Shown here: positions 20,046 to 28,200 of the stretch, in pieces
How positions within the stretch are numbered: position 1 is the first letter of the stretch
Layout of the letters: every line of letters begins with the position of its first letter
Source: Pedosphaera sp.
GTDB taxonomy: Bacteria > Verrucomicrobiota > Verrucomicrobiia > Limisphaerales > SIBH01
Length of the DNA stretch: 64,000 nucleotides
Direction: 5' to 3'
NCBI GenBank assembly: GCA_031414955.1
Contig: JANOQV010000152.1
Span: 1-64,000 of the forward strand
The notes under the pieces: model-generated
Databases searched by the model: none
What the model saw: the letters and a program-made list of their open reading frames with translations, nothing else
What the model was told of the DNA's origin: nothing
Position numbers and translations under genes: made by a program

Positions 20046-20466
20046 CGAAGTGGGCGCCGCCCGCCTGCTCAAACTGAACCTGGAGGCCACTGGTCGTTAC
20101 GAGATCAGAGTTCAGAACTGGCCCGAGGACGCGCTGGCCACGGCCCGCGAGTTCAGCCCCGACCTCCTGGTCCTTGATCTCATCATGCCCCGCATGCCCG
20201 GGGGGAATGTCGTGGCCGCGTTCGAACACGATCCGGGATTGAAGCATGTTCCGATCGTGTTCTTCACCGCCTCGGTCTGGCGCGAGCGGGTGGCGGAGCA
20301 TGACGGCATCATTTGCGACCATCCCTGCCTGGCGAAACCGGCCCAGATCGATGAAATCACCGCTTTCATTGATGCGAACCTGCCCGAGCCTGTCCGGGCC
20401 AACCTTCCCGGCTTGCTTCCGCCCCCGGCAATTGCCGCCGCCTTCCCCATCAACTCCAGCCCTTGA
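20014..20466 (+). CDS. Single-domain response regulator
   Basis: ILYVDDE, PDLLVLDLIMPRMPG, FFTA and LAKP; overlaps the kinase stop codon. Confidence 0.88.
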   Translation: MRKARILYVDDEVGAARLLKLNLEATGRYEIRVQNWPEDALATAREFSPDLLVLDLIMPRMPGGNVVAAFEHDPGLKHVPIVFFTASVWRERVAEHDGIICDHPCLAKPAQIDEITAFIDANLPEPVRANLPGLLPPPAIAAAFPINSSP

Positions 20467-20479
20467 ACCCCTTCTGGCC

Positions 20480-21001
20480 ATGAGTGCAAAAAACACCTTT
20501 GAAGTTCCGTTGCTCGAGGCCGAACGCCTCGCCGCCTTGCAGCGTTGTCGAGTGCTCGACACCCCGCCGGAACCAGTGTTTGACGACCTGGTCTTCCTGG
20601 CGGCCACGATTTGCGGCACGCCCATCGCCCTCATCACCTTCGTGGATGCGAACCGGCAGTGGTTCAAGGCCCGGCTGGGTTTGGAAGTGTCCGAGACGCC
20701 GCGCGGGGTGGCCTTCTGCACCCATGCCATCTTGGGGCACGACTTGATGATTGTAACCGATGCCAGTCGCGATGCGCGCTTCCGTGACAACCCGCTCGTG
20801 ACCGGTGTTCCCCACATTCGTTTTTACGCCGGCGTGCCGCTCCGCAACCCCGAGGATCTGGCGCTCGGCACTCTGTGCGTGGTGGATCGCGTGCCCCGCC
20901 TGCTGTCCGAAGCGCAAACACGATCGCTCCGCTCCCTCGGACGCCTCGTCGTCGGTCAACTTGAGGCCCGCCGTCGGGAGCTCGAATGCGATCTGGCTTA
21001 A
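20480..21001 (+). CDS. Stand-alone GAF-domain protein
   Basis: EAERLAAL..LDTPPE..RQWFKA..FCTHAI..RFRDNPLV..IRFYAGVPL..GTLCVVD; ATG 20480 within ORF 20246..21001. Confidence 0.85.
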   Translation: MSAKNTFEVPLLEAERLAALQRCRVLDTPPEPVFDDLVFLAATICGTPIALITFVDANRQWFKARLGLEVSETPRGVAFCTHAILGHDLMIVTDASRDARFRDNPLVTGVPHIRFYAGVPLRNPEDLALGTLCVVDRVPRLLSEAQTRSLRSLGRLVVGQLEARRRELECDLA

Positions 21002-21221
21002 TCGGCGAGAGAATCGAACAACTTCCAGCGGCAGCACCGCCGGCGGTTTGTCCCAACGGTCGGGTCGGCCCTGACCGTAAACTTCCTCCTCCCGGTCGCA
21101 GGCACTGCCCAGGCCCATCCCGACCTGAAACTGGACCAGCCCTTGATGGTGGTCTGGCAAAACTGCGCTTCCGAGAAACCTGCGGCTCGTGAAATGCATC
21201 CTGCCCGGTCCACGCTGGCCT

Positions 21222-22883
21222 TCAAGGTGACGCGAGCCGGAAGAACCGCGCGGAGTTCGTCGCGACGGTGGAAAACGTGGAGAGGTTGCTCGCCAGCACC
21301 GTCCAGGCCGGCGGCGTGAGCGTGGCGGTACTTTGCAGCAGGAAATTGCTGTAAGCCGACGGCCAGGAAATCCGCACCATCGTGTTACTGCGCTCGATGG
21401 AAAGCACCGGCTCGAGGCCGAGCGTCGGCAGCGTGACGCGATAGGCGAGCAGGATGTGATCAGTGACCTCGGCGTTGGTGCCCACCAGGATGCCGTTGTG
21501 CCAGACGTTCGTGGCCCCGAAGTCGTTGTCGCAGCCGACGAGCAGCTAGTGATCATCCGGCTTGTTGGTGTCGTTCAGTGGCACGAGCATCATGCCTTCC
21601 CACTTCTCCACCAGCGTGTTCGTGTCCGGCGAGCCGGCGTTCACGTTCAGGCCATAGCGCGTGAGTTCGACGACGTTCAGCAGGTTCACAAAGTTCTGCC
21701 GCTGCACCGCGCGGACGCCCGCCGGCAGTCCGTTCAGCGGGAAGGAAAGCTGGCCGGGGGCACCCGGCTCCAGATCATAGCCGGAGCCAAGAATGTTCGT
21801 CGCGCCCAGCGTGTCCACGAGCACGACTTGTTTGTAAACAAATGTGCTGGTGGAACCGGAATTGCGTCCGCGCTGGTCGCGGTCAAGCACGAGCAACTGG
21901 TGCGAGTTGAGCGCCACCAGTTCGCTCGTGATGGTCTGGCGCGTGCCGCTGGCGTTCCCGTTCAGGGTCAGCTCATAAACGTATTCCGCAATGAGTTGAT
22001 TCTCCCGCGCCGAGCCGCGCGCCACATCGAAGACCAGCAACCGCACGTAGCGGCTGTCATTGTCCTCGCCGCCATCCTGGACCAGCGGAGACTGCAGAAG
22101 GGCAAAGAGCGTCCGCTCATCCGGCGAAAGTCCAATGGCTTCAAGGCCGCGATTGTTCTTTCGCCCGGAGTCCGGCCCCGTGACGGCGGTGAAGTTGTTC
22201 GTGCGCGGATAAGTCGGGCCGACCTTGGGAATCCACGCGGCCGGCGGCTGAAACGTCCGCACGAGCACTGCGTTGCTGCTGAACTCGTAGATGAACGGCC
22301 CGTACTCGTCGCAGATGAAGAAGCTGCCGTCGCGCCGCCGGGCCAGTCCTTCCGGGTCGAGACTGTGCCGCCCTTCACCCGCGCTGTCTGCCGTGGACCG
22401 CGGATAATTCGTAAACGCCAAATCATTCCCGCTGAAACCGGTGAACGGCGCGTTCAATTCATCCAGCAGTAATCGCGTCGCGGTGTTGGTGAAGGCGATC
22501 TGGCTCTGGTTCGTCGCCGCCGTGCCGTAGTAGGGCGTCACGGCCAGACTGAACGTGTGGACGCGCGGTTTGAAATCCAGCGTGCCGCCCAAAGTCCCCG
22601 TGCCGTAGCCGCGATCCGGCACGCAGTAGAACGTGCCGCGATAGGTGGGAGAACCCCCATTCGTGGTGCGCGACCACGACGCGGTCTCGAAGGACAGGCC
22701 CGAGAAAATGCCGCCCAGGGTGTCGAGATTCGTGCCCTGCGCGTCGAACAGATTGCCGGACAATCGCCCCACGCCGACCAGCCCGTGGTTGGTGAAGCCG
22801 CCGAACTGCGCCTGCGCCCCAGTAGCGCCGAACACCAGTGCCGCCGTGAGCAGCACCATTATCCTTGAGCCAGGCAATTTCAT
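21222..22883 (-). pseudogene. Esterase-like activity of phytase family secreted protein with one in-frame TAG (21546-21548)
   Basis: PDRG, LDPEG, DEYGP, NRGLE and EKWEG motifs; the frame continues after TAG as LLVGCDNDF.. into ORF 21222..21485, which ends ARFFRLASP. Confidence 0.85.
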
Positions 22884-23064
22884 GTCGCGGTGTGTTTGCG
22901 TGGAATGCCGTCCAGGTTCAAGAGCATAGGCTGGAATGTTCATCATTTGGAGCGACCTGCAATCATCCGTGAAACTCTCCGCCACCAGCCACCACGGCGG
23001 CTACCTGACCGTGAACCATCCGAGCGGGCGTGGACACCGGCGCTTGATCGAGGGCACCGCGTCC

Positions 23065-23367
23065 TCAGCGCGCCTTTTTGCCATACGCGCCGGCCAGGTA
23101 ATCCACCACGCGATCCACCTGGTTGGTCGGGAGCGGCGCGCCGTATTTCTCGCGCATCTTGTTCACGGTCGCCAGCCACGCGGCGCGCTCCATGGGCGGC
23201 TGGGTGCTGAGGTAATCCGACGAGTGGCAGAGGATGCAGTTCACGGCGGCGATCTCCACGCCGGGGCCGGCCCGGAACTTGGGCACATCTGCCGGCAGCT
23301 TCCACGCGTCGGCGGCAGGCAGGCTCAAGGCCAGAGCGATCAGAAGAATGGCAATCGATGCTTTCAT
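23065..23367 (-). CDS. sorB: Monoheme cytochrome c, SorB-like
   Basis: Signal peptide; CILCH heme motif followed by SSDYLSTQP..W..TVNKM..YGAP; directly downstream of the sorA-like gene. Confidence 0.82.
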   Translation of the reverse strand: MKASIAILLIALALSLPAADAWKLPADVPKFRAGPGVEIAAVNCILCHSSDYLSTQPPMERAAWLATVNKMREKYGAPLPTNQVDRVVDYLAGAYGKKAR

Positions 23368-23370
23368 GAT

Positions 23371-24615
23371 TCAGGTGGCACTCACGTTGACAGTTTCGAT
23401 GACGTTGCGCATGTAGCCGGGGGGATTCCATGTCGCCTCCTCCGGCTGGGTCTGGCCGAGGCGATTGGTCGCTTTGACTTTCAAAGCGAGTTGCCCCTTT
23501 TGCTGCGGGGTGAAGCGCATCGTCCATTCGCGAAAGGAATATTTCCCCAAATCCTGGCCCAGTTCCGCGTCCCGCCAGGAGCGTCCGCCGTCGTCGGAGA
23601 AGGAAACTTGGCGGATGCCCGAGCCGCCGTCGAAGGCGATGCCGCGCACGGTTTGCGGAGTTCCGGTCTTCACCTTGGCACCATCCTCCAGACTCGTGAT
23701 GAACGACCGCACGTTGCAGCGTTTGATGGGCGCGGTCTTGTCCGGCTTGGTGCCGGGCGGCACGCAGGCACAATCGTTGTCGGGGATGCGATAGGCCGTG
23801 CTCATCCAGTAGCCGTTGAACACCTCGTCGATGACCGTGATCTCGTGCAGATGCTTGATCCAATAGGTGCCGTAATGGCCGGGCACCACCAGGCGCAGCG
23901 GGAAGCCGTTCAGCCAGGGCAACGGCTCGCCATTCATTTCGTACGCGAGCATCACCTCGCCGTCCTGCGCCTGATCCACGTCCAGCGCTTTGACGAAGTC
24001 CGGCGTCTGCGGCAAGAGCGAGGCATCGAGGCCGTTGAAGGTGACTTGCCTGGCTGAGGCTTTCACGCCCGCCTTCGCCAGCACATCTTTGAGGCGCACG
24101 CCTTTCCAGCGCGCGTTGCCCATCATGCCGTTGGCGGACTGGCCGCCGGGCACGCGCGGATTGGAGAAACCGCGGCTGTTGCCTGAGCATTGGTTCACGG
24201 CGACGATTTCCACCGGCTCGAACTGTGACTTCAACTCCGCGACGGAAAAGGTGAGCGGTGCGTTCACGCTGCCCTGCACGCGCACGCGAAATTTTTCGGG
24301 CGTGAGCAGTTCCTCGCCCGGCGGCGAATTGGTCAGGTGATAGCGGACGAAGAAAGCGTCATTGGGCGTGAGGGCACCTTCATTGAAGACGCGGAACGGC
24401 GTCTCCAATTGCGGCGGCCGGGCCGTGAGGCGGAGCAGGGGACGCTTTTGCGGATACTTCACCAGCGGACGCTCGCCGTTCTCAAAGGGCAGCGTGGCGG
24501 ATTCCTGCGCCAGCATCCGGTCCGCTTGGACCCCGAGCATTCCGCCCAGGGCCAATGTTCCGGAGCGGCGCAAAAAGCCGCGCCGGTTCAAGTGATTGGA
24601 ATCTTCGCCGTGCAT
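23371..24615 (-). CDS. sorA: Tat-exported molybdopterin sulfite dehydrogenase, SorA-like
   Basis: NRRGFL Tat motif; TPNDAFFVRYH, QCSGNSRG (Mo-ligand Cys), AYEMNGEPLP..NGFPLRLVVPG and WNPPGYMRN. Confidence 0.88.
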   Translation of the reverse strand: MHGEDSNHLNRRGFLRRSGTLALGGMLGVQADRMLAQESATLPFENGERPLVKYPQKRPLLRLTARPPQLETPFRVFNEGALTPNDAFFVRYHLTNSPPGEELLTPEKFRVRVQGSVNAPLTFSVAELKSQFEPVEIVAVNQCSGNSRGFSNPRVPGGQSANGMMGNARWKGVRLKDVLAKAGVKASARQVTFNGLDASLLPQTPDFVKALDVDQAQDGEVMLAYEMNGEPLPWLNGFPLRLVVPGHYGTYWIKHLHEITVIDEVFNGYWMSTAYRIPDNDCACVPPGTKPDKTAPIKRCNVRSFITSLEDGAKVKTGTPQTVRGIAFDGGSGIRQVSFSDDGGRSWRDAELGQDLGKYSFREWTMRFTPQQKGQLALKVKATNRLGQTQPEEATWNPPGYMRNVIETVNVSAT

Positions 24616-24917
24616 GACGCAACGATAGCGAGGTGCGCACGGCAGACAATCCAAAGCTGATGGACGAGGTGCAGGTGGGTCGGAATCCAGCCAGATTCAG
24701 GATGGCCGGTAGCCGAGACAGTCAGCGCCGAAGCTCGGTGCAAACGGTTTGGATAGGAGCAACAGGCGTTCGCGGCCTTGGTTTTGGGGAGCGGACAAGG
24801 AGAGGCCTGTGTTGGATGCAGAGCCATGAAGTGGTTGGGTCGCTGAGATGCGAATGGGCGAGTTTTACCCCGCTCGTTTTTCGCGCCCAGCCGCTTGCAT
24901 TTTGCTCTGAGTCGCTC

Positions 24918-25096
24918 AGAGCCTGTCTGAAAATTCGGAGGCGGAGTGCGCCCGTCCTCGGGCGCAGCAAGGTGAAGACTTGGACCGCGTCGGAAAACCC
25001 CATGCCCGCTGATGTTCGCACGTTGCTGCGCCCGAGGACGGGCGCACTCCGGGGCTGGCAGCTTGCGCTGCCCCAGTGACTTTTCAGACAGGCTCT
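24918..25096. mobile_element. Nested inverted-repeat element (MITE-like ends enclosing a REPIN-like pair)
   Basis: Perfect 16-bp outer IR agagcctgtctgaaaa (24918-24933 / 25081-25096) and perfect 29-bp inner IR (24942-24970 / 25023-25051). Confidence 0.75.
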
Positions 25097-25240
25097 CAAG
25101 GAAGGAGAAGCGGAGGGGCACCCGACTCGGGGAAACTACGTAGCCATCAATGGGGCGGGAAGGGCTGGATTTTATCCGGTTTTTGGGCCAGGATTTCGCC
25201 CGCTCTGGTTCACAGTCATTAAATCCCTGCATCGTCGAAA

Positions 25241-28200
25241 ATGAGAAATCGGTTTTTCGGTTGGAGTTGGTTTTCTGCCCGCCGTCGCGGCTTGAACCCT
25301 GCCACGGGCGCATCCGCACCGGTGGACTCAGGGCGGCGGTTGCCGTGCTTCCGGACGGCGTGGCTCTCCCGGTTGGTGGCTTCTACCGTGGTGCTGGCCG
25401 CGGGGCTGTCGTTTTTGAGCCTTGGCTCCGGCGTGCTTTCGGCCGCGACGGTGCCGCCCGGGTTTTCCGAGACCATCGTGCCGGGACCGTCCGGCGGCGC
25501 GTGGAACGGCGCGATTGGTATCGTCTTCGAGGACAACGGGCGCATGTATGTCTGGGAGGGCAGTGGTCGCATCTGGTTCCGTGATCCGGGCGAAACGAAT
25601 TTCACCATGCTGCTCGATTTGAGCGAGGAGGTCGGCTTCTGGCATGACACGGGTTGTCTGGGCTTCGCGCTGCATCCTGATTTCCGGGTCAACGGCTACA
25701 TCTACCTGCTCTACTCGGTGGACCGGCATTATCTGATGAACTACGGCACGCCGGGTTACAACCCGAACACCAGCGAGGAATTCGTGGCCAGCATCGGGCG
25801 CATTACTCGTTACACGGTGCGATCCTCGGATGGTTTTCGTTCCGTCGATGCCGCCAGCCGTTTCATCCTGCTCGGGGAAACGAAGGAGACGGGATTTCCT
25901 TCGGTCTCGACCACGCACACCATCGGCTCGCTGGCCTTCGGCGAAGACGGCACGTTGCTGGCGTCGTGCGGCGATGGCGCGAGCGCGTTCACGGCGGACG
26001 TGGGTGGCCCGGCTTTCGGCAGCTACGCGCCGCAGGGGTTGGCGGACGGCATCATCAAACCCAAGGAAAACATCGGCGCGTTCCGCTCGCAGTTGGTGGA
26101 TTCACTGTCGGGCAAGGTCGTGCGGCTCGATCCGCTGACCGGGAATGGCGTGCCGAGCAATCCATTTTATGACCCGCTTAATCCGCGCTCCGCCAAGTCG
26201 CGCGTCTGGTCACTCGGTCTGCGCAATCCCTTCCGGATGGTGAAGCGGCCGGACACCGGCAGTCACAATCCCGAGGATGCGCAACCGGGCAGTTTTTACC
26301 TCGGCGACGTCGGCTGGGATGACTGGGAGTGCCTGAAGATTGTGAACGCGCCCAGCCAGAATTTCGGCTGGCCGCTCTACGAGGGGCTTTCGCTCATGCC
26401 GCTCTACGATCAGAACATCACCAATCAGGACGCGATCAATCCGCTCTATCCTGGTGGCGGCTGCGCGCAGTACTTCACCTTCAAGCAGTTGTTGAAGGCG
26501 GATTCGCTGAATCCGGCCGCCCAGCCGCCCTTCCGCAATCCGTGCAACACGAATCAATTCATCCCCGGTTCCATTCCGCAGTTCCTTCACACGCGTCCGG
26601 CGCTGGATTGGAACCACGCCAGCGACCTCACGCGCACGCCGATTTATGGCGGGGCCGGAGAGCCGCTCCTCGCGAACGTCGGCGCGGGTGGTTCACCGGT
26701 CAGTGGCACCCCCTTTCGCGGCAGTTGTGCGGTGGCCGGCACTTGGTACACGGGCAACTCCTTTCCCACGCAGTATCAAAACACGTTCTTCCTCGCCGAC
26801 TGGGCGCAGGGGATCATCAAGAGTGTTTCATTTGATGCGAACGACAAGCCGGTGGCGGTGCAAAACTTTGCGACGTTCGCCGGAGCGGTCGTGACCATGG
26901 CGCAGAATCCCATCGACGGCAGCCTCTACTACGTGAGCTACGACTACGGCGACGCGGGCACGGTGCGCAAACTGACTTACGCGGGAAACCGCACGCCCAT
27001 CGCCGGTGCCGTCGCGAACCAGTATTTCGGGCCGACCCCGCTGACGGTGCAGTTCAGCAGCGACGGCTCGTCCGATCCGGATGGCAGTCCGCTGAGTTAC
27101 TCGTGGAATTTTGGCGACGGCTCGGGCTTGAGTACGGCCGCGAATCCTTCCCATCTGTTCACCGCGCCGGTTGGAGTGCCGACGAAATTCATCGTCACGC
27201 TGACGGTCATGGACAGTGGCGGCTTGTCGGCGCAGACCAATTTGATTGTGTCGTTGAACAACACGCCGCCGAGTGTCGCCATCAGCAGCCCGTTCCATGG
27301 CCAGCCTTACACCCCCAGCCTCACTTCGACCGTCAACTTGAGCGCGGTGGTCAACGATTTGGAATCTGCGAATGGACAGCTCTCCTATCACTGGCAGACC
27401 TTGCTGCGTCACAACGACCACAACCATCAAATCCATGCGGACACCAACCACGTTTCTTCCTCCGTCATCTCGCCCATCGGCTGCGACGGCATTAACATCT
27501 ACCACTATCGTGTCCTGCTCACCGTGACGGATCCGGCCGGGCTTGCGACGACAACGGAAGTGGGCTTGTACCCGGATTGCGGAGTGCTCGACACGCCGCC
27601 GGTGATTTCCAGCCTCGGGAACCAGGCCGTGTATCAGGATCGTTTCACGCCGCCGCTGGCCTTCACCATTGGCGATGCCCAGACCGCAGCGGCGAATCTT
27701 CAACTGAGCGCCGTCTCGTCCAATCCCACGCTGGTGCCGGCGGGCGGCGTGGCCTTCGGGGGTTCCAGTTCTAATCGCACGGTCACTGTGACTCCCGCCC
27801 TCGGGCAGATCGGCACGGCCACGTTGAACATCCTCGTGACCGATGGGCCGAACACCGCGAGCAACACCTTCACGCTGACCGTGAACCCACCGCCGCCGGG
27901 CACGGCTTCGTTCACCAATTCCGTTGCGCTTACGATTTCCGTGCCCGACTCCGGCCCCGCTTCTCCTTACCCGTCATATAATCTCGTCACCGGTCTGGGC
28001 GGGTTGATTACCAATCTCACCGTCACCTTGCGCAACCTGACTTACACCTGGTCGCCGGATGTGGATGTCCTGCTGGTCAGTCCGTCGGGGCAGGGGATTG
28101 TGCTGTGCTCGGATGCCGGCGGAGGTCCGGTCAACAATGTCACCCTGACACTTTCCGACGCCGCCGGGTCGTTGCTGTCAGGAGTCAGCACGCTTGTCAC

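Noticed and set aside
21546..21548. Genome-wide amber recoding or pyrrolysine use
   Set aside because: TAG serves as a normal stop for carA and the ilv leader; only one internal TAG was seen and no pyl genes are in the window
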